From contig NW_027361806.1 of the NCBI RefSeq assembly GCF_039654945.1, positions 8,866,001-8,930,000 of the forward strand: a DNA stretch of 64,000 nt. The letters run 5' to 3'. Made by a program: the position numbers and the translations under genes. Numbering within the stretch: position 1 is the stretch's first letter; every line of letters starts with the position of its first letter. This DNA comes from Dendrobates tinctorius. Taxonomy: Eukaryota. This document shows positions 48,922-61,500 of this stretch, piece by piece. A model generated the notes under the pieces. It was not told the DNA's origin. It did not search any database and saw only the letters and a list, made by a program, of their open reading frames with translations.

Positions 48922-51900
48922 TAATTATTATTATTACTTATATAGCACCATTGATTCCATGGTGCTGTACATGAGAAGGGGTTACATACAGATTACAGAT
49001 ATCACTTACAGTAAACAAACTAACAATGACAGACTGATACAGAGGGGAGAGGACCCTGCCCTTTCGGGCTTACATGCTACAGAATGGTGGGGAAGGAGAC
49101 AGTAGGTTGGTGGGTTGCAGCAGTTGCGGTGTTGGTTGAGGTGATATCACCGGTAGTGGTGAGAGAGAAGGAGGTAGCGGGGTCATTGCAGGCTGTAGGC
49201 TTTCTTGAAGAGGTGGGTTTTCAGGTTCTGTCTGAAGGATCCAAATGTGGTTTATAGTCGGACATGTTGGGGCAAAGAATTCCAGAGAATAGGGGCAATT
49301 TGTGAGAAGTCTTGGAGGCGGTTGGGTGAGGAGCGAATAAGTGTGGAGGAGAGAAGGAGGTCTTGGGAGGACCAGAGATTACGTGAGGGAAGGTATCGGG
49401 AGATTAGTTCAGAGACATATGGAGGAGACAGGTTATAGATGGCCTTGTAGGTCAGTATTAGTAATTTGAACTGGATACACTGAGGGAATGGGAGCCAGTG
49501 AAGAGATTTGCAGAGGGGAGAAGCGGAGGAGTAGCGAGGAAAGAGATGAATTAGTCGGGTGACAGAGTTAAGGATGGACTGGAGAGGCGCGAGGGTGTTA
49601 GCAGGGAGACCACAGAAAAGGATGTTGCAGTAGTCGAGGTGGGAGATGATGAGGGCATGCACAAGCATTTTAGTAGACTGAGGGTTGAGGAAAGGACGGA
49701 TTCTGGAAATATTTTTGAGCTGGAGGCGACAGGAGGTAGAAAGAGCTTGGATGTGCGGTTTGAAGGACAGGGCAGAGTCAAAGGTTACTCCGAGGCAGCG
49801 GACTTCCGGTACTGGGGAAAGTGTGATGTCATTAATTTTTATAGCTAGGTCTGGTAAGGAAGATCTGAGAGATGGAGGAAAGATGATGAGTTCAGATTTG
49901 TCCACATTGAACTTGAGGGAGCGAGAGGAGAAGAAGGAGGATATGGCTGATAGACACTCTGGGATTCTGGACAGCAGAGAGGTGACGTCTGGGCCAGAGA
50001 GGTAGATCTGGGTGTCATCAGAATAAAGGTGGTAGTGGAATACGTGGGACTTTATGAGTTGCCCCAGACCAAGTGTATAGATTGAGAAGAGTAGGGGTCC
50101 TAAAACAGAGCCTTGGGGGACTCCAACAGAGAGAGGATGGGATGAGGAGGTGGTGTGGGAGTGGGAGACGCTGAATGTGCGATTGGAAAGGTATGAGGAG
50201 ATCCAGGATAGGGTAAGGCCTTTGATGCCGAAGGAGGAGAGGATCTGTAGTAGGAGGCAGTGGTCAACTCTGTCGAATGCAGAGGGCAGGTCTAGAAGCA
50301 GGAGTATAGAGTATTGTCCATTTGATTTGGCTGTAAGTAGGTCGTTAGTAATTTTGGTCAGGGCTGTTTCAGTGGAGTGATGGGGGCGGAAACCAGATTG
50401 TAGATTGTCAAAGAGCAAGTTAGATGATAGGTGGGAGGAAAGTTCAGCATGGACGTGCTGTTCCAGGAGTTTGGAAGCGAATGGGAGCAACGAAATTGGG
50501 CGATAGCTGGACACAGTGGTTGGGTCGAGGGTTGGCTTTTTAAGGATAGGCGTGATTGTGGCATGTTTGAAAGCAGAAGGGAAGGTACCGGACGTTAGTG
50601 ATAGGTTGAAGAGGTGGGTTACGGATGGGATAAGTGTGGTAGTGAGGTTGGAGAGGAGGTGGGATGGGATGGGGTCTAGTGCACAGGTTGTGAGGTGCGA
50701 TTTGGAGAAGAGACGATTAAGCTCCCCTTCAGTGATGTTGGAGAGTGAGGTTATGGGGTTTGGGCATTGGTCTGGTATGCAAAGGGGTTGTGTTGGTTGA
50801 GTGATGAAGACTTGCCTTGTTTGGTCAATCATGTTTTTGAAGTGTGTGGCAAAGTCCTCGGCAGAGATGAGGGAGGTTGGAGGAGGCAGTGGTGGGCGGA
50901 GGAGGGAGTTAAAAGTTTTGAATAACTGTTTGGGGTTGTAAGATAGAGAAGATACAAGGGTTGTTTAGCAGAGGTGAGGGCAGATTTGAAATCGAGTGTT
51001 GCCTGTTTGAATGTGCGCCGCTCTGCAATCCTGGACACTTGCCGGAGCTTTTTAGTGGTGTTGTTGTGCCAGGGTTGTCTGTTGATACGTCGCATTATGC
51101 CATGAACGAGAGGGGCAACCATGTCAATAGCTGATGCGAGAGTGGCATTGTAGAAAGCAGTGGCACCGTCTGTGTCATGGAGTGAGGATATGGATGCCAG
51201 TGGTAGAATAGAGTCAGAGAGTGCGTGGGTGTCTAGGTGCGCAAGGTTTCTGCGGGGGTGCGCATGTTGCTGGACCTGGGTACCTGGTGAGGAGGACAGG
51301 GATGAGAAAGTGAGTAGATGGTGGTCAGATAGAGGGAGAGGGGAGGTGGTGAAGTTAGAAAGAGAGCAGAGACGGGTGAAGACCAGGTCTAATGTGTGTC
51401 TGTCTGTGTGGGTGGCTGAGGAGGACCACTGAGTAAGTCCAAAGGATGAAGTAAGGGACAGGAGTTTGGAGGCTGCTGACTGAAGGGTATCAGTGGGGAT
51501 GTTGAAGTCACCCATGACGATAGTGGGGGTGTCAGTTGAAAGAAAATGAAGAAGCCAGGTAGAGAATTGGTCAATGAAGGCAGTGGTCGGGCCTGGAGGT
51601 CAGTATATGACGGCCACTTGGAGGTTGGAGGGAGAGTAGATGCGGACAGAGTGGACTTCAAAAGAGGGGATGATTAGGGAGGGAAGAGGTGGGATTGGGT
51701 TGAAGGTGCAGTTGGAAGAAAGGAGAAGACCCACTCCTCCACCGTGTCTGTTGCCAGGACGAGGAGTGTGGGTGAAGTGGAGGCCGCCGTAACACAGCAC
51801 AGCAGGGGAGGCAGTGTCAGAGGATGTCAGCCATGTTTCTGTGAGGCCGAGGAACGCAAGATTGTGAGAGAGAAAGAGGTCATGAATCACATGGAGCTTA

Positions 51901-52320
51901 TTGCAGATGGAGCGGGCATTCCAAAGTGCTCCCGAGAGAGGGAGCAGGGGGTTGGGTGTCAATGGCACAGGTTTTAAGTTGGAAAGATTGTGGTAGTTCT
52001 TATTAGATAGGGAGCGGTAGGAAGGGGAAGTAATGGGGGGTATGAGCTGTGGGGGTCCAGGATTGGGAGATATGTCGCCAGCAGTGAGGAGAAGCAGAGA
52101 AAGGGAGAGCAGATGGGAGAAGGAGATTAGGCAGCTTGTTTTATGTTTAATTCGGACAGATTTGAGATTGAGGAGCAGTTCAGCAGAGGAGGCCAGGTGG
52201 GGAGGAAAGAGGGAAGAGGAGATGATTATTTGGTTAGAGGGTGCTGGAGTTTGGGGATAGCGAAGAGTGAGGAATAAAGGAGCAAACACTGTGAGGGCAT
52301 ATGTAAACATGGTGAAGAAA
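48922..52320 (-). mobile_element. Near full-length L2 LINE ORF2 (APE endonuclease plus RT), disrupted
   Basis: WNARSI, LTETWL, GGGVG, MGDFNIP, SDHHLL (endonuclease); [22 protein letters not shown] (RT); split across ORFs 51600-52310, 50829-51515 and 49252-50832; (taa)n tail. Confidence 0.92.
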
Positions 52321-52374
52321 TAAGATAGGTTAAGAAAACCTAAAGGCCCCTTTACATTTAGTTCTAGACAGTTA

Positions 52375-52781
52375 AGGCCCCTTTACATTTAGTGATGCAT
52401 CAGCGATCCCGACCACGATACAACCCGGTCAGGATCGCTGGTGCATTGCTAAATGATCGCTAGTGAGCTGCCACACTGGCAGATCTCACAGCGATGCAGC
52501 AGCGATACAGCGGTCGTTAAGTACTTTTCACATGCAGTGATCCTGACGTCCTCCCATCCGCGTCCACGCGTCGCTCGTCGGCGCCAGCAGGAAGCCCAGC
52601 AGGAAGCGCCCGACGAGAAATGGAGCTGCGCGATCTCGCGCGATCAGCAACAGACAGCGGGGGAGCCGTCCGGATGTAAGTATCACACATAGCGATATCG
52701 CTAGCGATATCGCTGCTGCGTCACCAAATCGGTGATGCTTTAGCGATATTGCTAGCGATATCGCTATTTGTAAAACCCCCT
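52375..52781. mobile_element. Harbinger-type MITE, inverted relative of 15133-15539
   Basis: aggcccctttacatttag ... tgtaaaaccccct. Confidence 0.7.
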
Positions 52782-53799
52782 TAAGTCCAAGTAATAAGAA
52801 GGGCTTACTCAGCAGACATACCCAAAAGAGACAGGTAGATAGTGTGGGGTCCTGACTCCTGCCGAGACTAACTGCCGTAGTAATAACTGCATCTTCAAGA
52901 TACTTTTGCTGCAGGGACACACGTGCCTGACCCGCACACGTAACCCCCTAGGCGGCATCTGAATATATAGGACTGAGTAGAGGATCAGGTGAGAGGGATT
53001 GTGGGAACTGATTTGGAATAAATTTCCAATTGCCTAGCACACCAGGGGATGTTAGACAATCAAAGGCACAGGGCCTGGCTACATCCATATGCTAGTAACA
53101 CCTTTCACCTGATAACATCTCTACTTGCCCCAACAGGGCTATACAGCAGTAAGTATTGAGTTCAATGCAACAAATGAATTTAGCAAGCATTCAGTAGGCA
53201 CTGTTATATACCATTAAATGAAAGGTTGCACTAGATGACAGCAAACAGGGATTGTAGCAGTAGCAGGAGCAGAGATTGTACCATTAAATGGTAAATTAAT
53301 AAATTAATTAAATAATAAATAAATAATAATTAATAAATTAATTAAATAATAAATTAATTATAGCACCAGCATGGCAGACCCGGGAGACCTGGGGGTAACA
53401 GAGACCTACCGCCCCTTGTTGGATGCCGCCTTAGGCCACATTCACACAAAGTTTCATTGGGACATTTAAAATAGACAAGTTTTTCAAGTTGTCACCACTG
53501 TAGCAAATGTTCCGTCTTTGCAGTTTTTGAAGTTTTTCCTTTACTGGAGCTATTTTTAAGATTTTTATTTTACTCCTGAAGTGTTTTTTGCAGCCTCTTG
53601 AAAGGACAGTGCCTATTGGGGTAGATTCCATCAGGAGTTTTCTGATTGGACAGCGCCTGGTTGGGTCAGATTCCATCAAGAGTTTTCTGATTGGACAGCA
53701 CCTGGTTGGAGCAGATCCATCAAGAGTTTTCTGATTGGACAGCGCCTGGTTGAGGCAGATTGCATCAAGAGATTTCTGATTGGACAGCAACTGATTGGA

Positions 53800-56145
53800 T
53801 ATAAACCAAGGAAAAAATACACGACCAAAATCCAAGTGTAATGAAAAAAATAGAAATTGTTTATTAGGGTATACAGATATAAGGGGAAGAGGAGCTACCC
53901 AAAAGGCAAATGTTGCAAAAACACACTCCTGGATCAATGTACACATTGATGAATATCATAGGGGATGAAGGCAATGAAAACGACAATAGTAGTCACAAAT
54001 ACAATGGGGTGCAAGAACATCATTATAATATAATTGATGCTGCAAATAATAAAGTAAACACCAAAAGCCCAAATGAAGGGCTATATATAAAATGTTGGTA
54101 ACATCCCCATTGACATGCCATCCCTCAAAAGATAGAATGTGCAAAAGAAGGCAACCGCTCCCTAATTGGTTAAATGTAGTACCGATTTACCTAAAATAAT
54201 GGTGGGGGCAGGAGCCAGATCCCACAGCGTCACCGACGCGCGTTTCGGCTTAGAAGCCTTTTTTAAGGCGCGCCCCTTGAAACGCGCGAAATTCAAGTCT
54301 CCAGGTCCAGATGAATTACACCCCAGAGTACTGAAGGAGATAGCAGAAGAAATTTTTGAACCCCTCTCCATAATCTTTGAAAGTTCTTGGAGAACAGGAG
54401 AAGTGCCAGAAGACTGGAGAAGAGCAAATGTTGTTCCTATCTTCAAAAAGGGGAAGAAGGTGGACCCAGGCAACTATAGGCCGGTGAGTCTGACTTCTAT
54501 ACCAGGAAAGATCTTTGAACAAATTATTAAACAACATGTATGTCAGTACCTGGATAAGAATGAAGTGATTAAACAGAGTCAGCATGGGTTTGTAACTAAT
54601 AAGTCATGTCAGACTAATTTAATTTCCTTCTATGACAGAATCACTGATTGGGTGGATCAAGGAAATGCTGTAGATATAGTATATCTTGACTTCAGCAAAG
54701 CATTTGACAAAGTCTCTCATACAATCCTTATTGAAAAAATGACTAAGTATGGAATGGACAAGGCAACTGTTAGGTGGATTCATAACTGGCTTAGTGATCG
54801 GACCCAAAGAGTGGTCGTAAATGGCTGCACATCCAGTTGGAAGAATGTCTCAAGTGGGGTACCACAGGGCTCTGTCCTGGGCCCTGTATTGTTCAACATC
54901 TTTATCAACGATTTAGATGAAGGAATTGAGGGTAAACTGATTAAATTTGCTGATGACACAAAGCTAGGAGGGATAGCTAATACTAGAGAAGAGAGAGAGA
55001 GGATTCAAAAAGATTTAAATAAACTGGAGAAGAGGGCAGCAACTAACAGAATGGTTTTTAACAGGGAGAAATGCAAAGTACTACATCTGGGCAATAAAAA
55101 TGAAAAAAGCATATATAGAATGGGAGGAATAGGGCTAAGTGACAGCACATGTGAAAAAGACTTGGGTATACTAATAGATCACAGACTGAATATGAGTCAA
55201 CAGTGTGATGCAGCAGCAAAAAAGGCAATTCTAGGATGTATTAGCAGAAGCATACAGTCTAGATCACGTGAAGTCATTATTTCCCTCTACTCCTCTTTGG
55301 TCAGACCTCATCTGGAATATTGTGTCCAGTTTTGGGCACCACATTTTAAAAAAGACATCAACAAACTGGAGCAAGTTCAGAAAAGAGCGACCAGAATGGT
55401 GACCGGTCTGCAAACCCTGTCTTATGAGGAAAGGTTGCAGGATTTGGGAATGTTTAGCTTGCAAAAGAGAAGACTGAGAGGAGACTTAATAGCTGTCTAC
55501 AAATATCTAAAGGGCTGTCACATTGTAGAAGGATCAACTTTATTCTCATTTGCACAAGGAAAGACTAGAAGCAATGGGATGAAACTGAATGGGAGGAGAC
55601 ACAGATTAGATATTAGAAAAAACTTTTTGACAGTTAGAGTGATCAATGAGTGGAACAGGCTGCCACGAGAAGTGGTGAGTTCTCCTTCAATGGAAGTCTT
55701 CAAACAGAGGCTGGACAGACATCTGACTGGGATGATTTAGCGAATCCTGCTTTGAGCAGGGGGTTGGACCAGATGGCCCAGGAGGTTCCTTCCAACTCTA
55801 CGATTCTATGATTCTATGTTCTTGCACCCCATTGTATTTGTGACTACTAATGTCTTTATCATTGCCTTCATCCCCTATGATATTCATCAATGTGTACATT
55901 GATCCAGGAGTGTCTTTTTGCAACATTTGCCTTTTGGGTAGCTCCCCTTCCCCTTATATCTGTATACCCTAATAAACATTTTCTATTTTTTTCATTACAC
56001 TTGGATTTTGATCGTGTATTTTTTCCTTGGTTTATATTATGACATGTGATTTTTCCCGTAATTGGTCCTTTTTTATTGTTTCCACTGGTAAAATTGAGCA
56101 TTCCCCTTTGGGTATGTTTGTGTGATGTATTTCACAAGCCATTCA
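53800..56145. mobile_element. Penelope-like inverted terminal-repeat remnant containing a CR1
   Basis: 222-bp inverted arms 53799-54020 / 55816-56037; hammerhead-like aggcttctaagccGAAACGCGCGTC on the minus strand; flanking 14-bp direct repeat. Confidence 0.55.
54290..55818 (+). mobile_element. 5'-truncated CR1 LINE with an uninterrupted RT reading frame
   Basis: [44 protein letters not shown]; 3' tail attctatgattctatg. Confidence 0.95.
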
Positions 56146-57889
56146 AGCAACTGATTGGAGTAGATTCCATCAAGAGTTTTCTGACTGGACAGTGCCTGGT
56201 TGTAGCAGATTCCATCAAGAGTTTTCTGATAGGACAGCAACTGGTTTGGGCAGATTCCATCAAGAGTTTTCTGATTGGACAGTGCCTGGTTGGAGTAGAT
56301 TCCATCAAGAGTTTTCTGACTGGACAGTGCCTGGTTGAGGCAGATTGCATCAAGAGTTTTCTGACTGGACAGTGCCTGGTTGAGGCAGATTGCATCAAGA
56401 GTTTTCTGACTGGTCAGTGCCTGGTTGAGGCAGATTGCATCAAGAGTTTTCTGACTGGACAGTGCCTGGTTGAGGCAGATTGCATCAAGAGTTTTCTGAC
56501 TGGACAGTGCCTGGTTGAGGCAGATTGCATCAAGAGTTTTCTGACTGGACAGTGCCTGGTTGAGGCAGATTGCATCAAGAGTTTTCTGACTGGTCAGTGC
56601 CTGGTTGAGGCAGATTGCATCAAGAGTTTTCTGACTGGTCAGTGCCTGGTTGAGGCAGATTGCATCAAGAGTTTTCTGACTGGACAGTGCCTGGTTGAGG
56701 CAGATTGCATCAAGAGTTTTCTGACTGGACAGTGCCTGGTTGAGGCAGATTGCATCAAGAGTTTTCTGACTGGTCAGTGCCTGGTTGAGGCAGATTCCAT
56801 CAAGAGTTTTCTGACTGGACAGTGCCTGGTTGAGGCAGATTGCATCAAGAGTTTTCTGACTGGACAGTGCCTGGTTGAGGCAGATTGCATCAAGAGTTTT
56901 CTGACTGGACAGTGCCTGGTTGAGGCAGATTGCATCAAGAGTTTTCTGACTGGACAGTGCCTGGTTGAGGCAGATTGCATCAAGAGTTTTCTGACTGGTC
57001 AGTGCCTGGTTGGAGTAGATTCCATCAAGAGTTTTCTGACTGGTCAGTGCCTGGTTGAGGGAGATTCCATCAAGTTTTCTGATTGGACAGCACCTGGTTG
57101 GAGTAGATTCCATCAAGAGTTTTCTGATTGCACAGCAACTGGTTGGAGTAGAGTCCATCAGGAGTTTTCTGATTGGACAGCAACTGGTTGGAGTAGAGTC
57201 CATCAGGAGTTTTCTGATTGGACAGCGCCTGGTTGGAGCAGATTCCATTAGTACCTGCTACATAGAAGTAACATGTATTCTTGCTTTTTCAACCAGGAGT
57301 TTCTCAAAACCACTTCAAGTAAAAAACTAAAAGAAACTCATATGAACAGCAAAGTGGATGATTGACCACAGACATGAACAGGAAGAGTTTTTCAAACATT
57401 TCTGAACTGATTTTTAAGTTTTTTGAAAAAAGCTTCTAAAAAAACCTCAGCGGTGACACAACCTCGGGCTACGGTCACACGGAGCTTTCCGAGCTTTGTT
57501 TTTTTTTTCAGAGAATCTTCTCTTCCAGAAACCGCTTAAAACACTTCGTTCTGTGGGCAGTCCGTCCTGACGTTCATAAGAGTTTCTTATATTTGGACAC
57601 AAAGTGCGCGGCGCTTCTCTGACGGACGACGCTCCAAACCAAGTGACGTCCAAACAGAAAGCGGCAAAAAAACAACAACAAAAAGACACTTTAGGAAGAA
57701 AAAAACTTCCAAAACTGCATCAGAAATGGATAGACCCCCAGAAAGGAGGGTTTTCTGAAGCGGTTTTGCACCCGGGAGGCTCCACACACCTGTATATATG
57801 GATACACATATTTAACCCCTTAGCTTCATCTCCTCCTCATCTCCCTCCATACAGAGATATAACCCAGCAGGACCGCGCACTGCACTCAC

Positions 57890-57960
57890 CCGGCTCCGCT
57901 CACTGTGTACCACTAGTTACCATAGCGACAGGACGCTCCGGCCGCATAGAACGCTGGGCT
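57890..57960 (-). other. CFAP57: Probable non-coding first exon of CFAP57 (5' limit uncertain)
   Basis: Strong donor GG|GTGAGT at 57890/57889 in a CpG-rich promoter. The ATG exon has its own acceptor at 48635, so an upstream UTR exon is required. Confidence 0.6.
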
Positions 57961-58085
57961 GGCCGCGGAGGATGACGGGATATGTAGTTCCGGCTGTGCG
58001 TCTCCAGCAGCTCCAGTCGCAGAAATGATGACGTCAGCGGATGTGAGACTGGGAAAACTTCCGGGAGTCTCCACGTGTGAACGGT
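57890..58085. promoter_or_regulatory. Bidirectional CFAP57/EBNA1BP2 promoter
   Basis: CpG-rich. X-box GTTACCATAGCGAC 57916-57929; ACTACATATCCC (minus) 57977-57988; CRE TGACGTCA 58029-58036; ETS ACTTCCGG 58057-58064; E-box CACGTG 58072-58077. Outward-facing donors at 57889 (minus) and 58084 (plus). Confidence 0.75.
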
Positions 58086-58503
58086 GGGTGCAGTGTGCGG
58101 CGGATTCTGCTTCTGAGGACGGGGGGAGATAGAGGTTTTGTTTGGGTGCTGGTGGGTCCGGGGGGCTCAGGCACTGGAGTCTTCGGGGAGTCATTCACTC
58201 TGACGTATGTCTTGGTTGTACAGTAGTGAGTAGTATGGCTTTACAGCAGGTGTCCATCAGCGCAGTCTCGTAGCCTGATGGTGGTTGTAGTTCCTGGGCT
58301 GACATTTTGTGATTGGTGCAGCATTTCTGGGGTTAGTGACATGTCCAGGATCATCATCATGATGAGGGGGCAGAGCAGGCCTGTCTTTCACTCTGGGGGG
58401 GGTCACTTACTTTCGCACTGTAACATCACAGATTTCCATCGCTGTAGATTTTGCTGACAATTTGACCGAATCTGTTGTGATTGTTCATAGGAGACGAGCC
58501 GCC

Positions 58504-58578
58504 ATGCTGGAGCACGATGAGGACAGCGCCTCGGATCCTGACTCAGACCAGGACCCTTCGGAACTGACAGATAAAGAG
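58504..58578 (+). CDS. EBNA1BP2: EBNA1BP2 coding exon 1 (acceptor boundary 58491)
   Basis: Kozak-like gccgccATG; acidic N-terminus; donor GTGCAG. Confidence 0.85.
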
Positions 58579-61500
58579 GTGCAGTCCTGTGACGGTGATG
58601 GGGTTATACAGCGTGCTCCCTACTCTCTTATTTTCATTCTTGGGATCACTGAAAAAGAGGGGTGGGGGGACAGATCAGACCCCCAGTGATCATGAGATAT
58701 TGGGAATAACTTGTGAATGCTAAAATCTTCATCAACCAGATCTTAGAAAATTTCGAATGTGTTATTACATATGTGGTCACTTTCCTCTATTCTTCTTGTA
58801 GCTGCAAGAAGCCTTCATTCAGGGGAAGCTGAAACCTGGATTAAATATAGTACTGGACGAAAAGAAGAAGCCGCCTAATGATGTGGTGAGTGCAGGTACA
58901 AATCCATCCAGAGCTAGAGGCATCTGCACTGAGGACAATTTACTGTAATTACCTGTATTTACTTACGTATCTGTAATTTACTTCCACTAAAATAAACAAC
59001 TGCTCCTTTAAAGCCAAAGTCAAAGCTAAATAAAAATCAAGTCTTTGCATATCACATAATGCGGTTTCTAAGTTACATCACATATTTTAATTCAGAGCTG
59101 CACTCACTATTCTGCTCGTGCAGTCACTGTGTACATACATTACATTACTGATCCTGAGTTACATCCTGTATTATACCCCAGAGCTGCACTCACTATTCTG
59201 CTGGTGCAATCACTGTGTACATACATTACATTACTGATCCTGTACTCATCCTGAGTTACATCCTGTATTATACCCCAGAGCTGCACTCACTATTCTGCTG
59301 GTGCAGTCACTGTGTACATACATCACATTACTGATCCTGAATTACATCCTATATTACTCCAGAGCTGAAATCACCAGTCTGCTGGTGTAGTCACTGTGTA
59401 CATACATTACAGTACTGATCCTGAGTTACATCCTGTATTATATTTCAGAGCTGCACTCACTATTCTGCTGGTGCAGTCACTGTACATACATTACTGATCC
59501 TGAGTTATATGCTGTATTATCCTCCAGAGCTGCACTCACTATTCTGCTAGTTTTTGTCAAGTTTCTGTGATTTTGTCAGCAGGTGCGCACTAGCATTCTG
59601 GAGTCATCTGTGTAATAATGTCTATTTTTGATTCAGAATGGCCTGAAGCAAAGTCTGAAGGATCTGAAGAAAAACCTGTCCTGGGTGGAGCGTCTGGATG
59701 TGACTACGGCCCCCGTACCAGACCAGACACTGCAGAAGAGGGATGAGACACAAGACACTGATCTGGACGCAGAGGATGATTTCAAAAGAGAGATGAGCTT
59801 GTAAGTGATCTCTGACGGTGGTGAGTGATGGGAACTGGTCGCGTGTCTGGATGCGGATGGACTTTAGAGTAGAGATTCACAATTCAGCTGAAACAGCAAG
59901 CCAATCTACATAGACACCCCTAACGTCATAGCTGAGTACTAACAGTGTAGGAGACAGACTATTTTTGTCAGATAAGTGGTGTAAAGAATGTAAACCGACA
60001 GACACTGGATGGCGTAGGGGACATCGGGAGATTACAGCTGAAGTGCAGCTCTGGGGTATAATACAGGATGTAACTCAGGATCTGTAATGTATGTGCACAG
60101 TGACTGCACAAGCAGAATAGTGAGTGCAGCTCTGGGGTATAATACAGGATGTAACTGAGGATCTGTAATGTAATGTACACAGTGACTGCACCAGCAGAAT
60201 AGCGAGTGCAGCTCTGGGGTATAATACTGGATGTAACTCAGGATCAGTAATGTATGTAAACAGTGACTGCACCAGCAGAATAGTGAGTGCAGCTCTGGGG
60301 TATAATACAGGATGTATTTCAGGATCAGTAATGTAATGTGCACAATGACTGCTCCGGCAGTATAGTGAGTGCATCTTCTGTTGTAATTTCTTTGTATAAT
60401 TTTTGTCCTCAGTTACCGCCAGGCTCAGGCTGCAGTTCTCTTCGCTTTGCCTCGTCTTCAACAGCTGAAAGTGTCTACAAAACGACCTGAAGATTATTTT
60501 GCGGAGATGGCCAAAACTGACCAACACATGCAGAAGGTTAGTGGATTCCCTAAAACAGTGTAAGCAGATTCTGCTCTTGCATTTGTGAAGTTTCCTAGAG
60601 TTTTTCTTTTGCTTTCTGTGTATAAATCAGAGCATAATGGAAGCTTCCACAACAGTCCTTTACACTTTGCGTTCAATTCTTCATAGTTTTCAATATTTCT
60701 GCTTGCTGTAAGGGAATGGCAAATAATTAATTTACATCCTGAGGACGAGACACACAGGTACTTGGCTCATTGTTGTCCAGGCATTGGTGCTCTCCTTTAT
60801 AACAAGCTGCGACCTGGCTAATAATTTGGAAGTAAATCCCTGACTGCAATTGGAGATACTGACAATCGTAAGGTTTACCATTATATTTACCGAGATTTGT
60901 TTGCTCAAAAGAGAAAATCTCTAGAAATGACGTGGTGGTGGTGGTGAGGATGTTGTAATGTCCTGTGTTCATGACAAGGAATAGGTGATGTTTACATTTA
61001 ATGGAGACCTATTTAATTTTCTCCTACGCCTCATTGGGGGACACAGGTACCGTGGGTGTTATGCTGCCTGCCACTAGGAGGACACCAAGTAAACCAGAAA
61101 AAAAGTTAACTCCTCCCCTGCAGTATACACCCTCTCGCTGGATGAGATTTCTCCAGTTCTTGCTTAGTGTCTGTAGGAGGCACTTGGGTTTGGTTTTTGA
61201 CCCCCACCGGTTTTTATTTTATTTTTGATTTTTTAGGAGACCTATTTAATTTTTTTTTACTATGGGTCTAAAGGTACTGTCACACTTAGCGATGCACCAG
61301 CGATCCCGACCAGCGATATGACGCGGTCAGGATCGCTGGTGCATCGCTAAGTGGTCGCTAGTGAGCTGCCACACAGGCAGATCTCACCAGCGACATCGCT
61401 GGGGACGGGGATCACTACTCACCTGTCAGACGAGGCGATCCTGCGTCCTCCCGCTCGCGTCCACGCGTCGCTCGTCTCCACAGCAGGAAGCTGACGACGA

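Larger units (their letters stand above)
53615..57250. repeat. 45-bp minisatellite split by a Penelope-like/CR1 insertion at 53800-56145
   Basis: Unit gagttttctgactggacagtgcctggttgaggcagattgcatcaa. Confidence 0.9.

Noticed and set aside
54166-54290. N-terminal extension of the 524-aa RT ORF suggesting a fusion gene
   Set aside because: Chance read-through from flanking sequence into a 5'-truncated CR1; the listed start is TTG, not ATG
56046-57251. 401- and 391-aa ORFs with 15-aa Cys-containing repeats
   Set aside because: 45-bp tandem array open on both strands; not a zinc-finger or other known repeat
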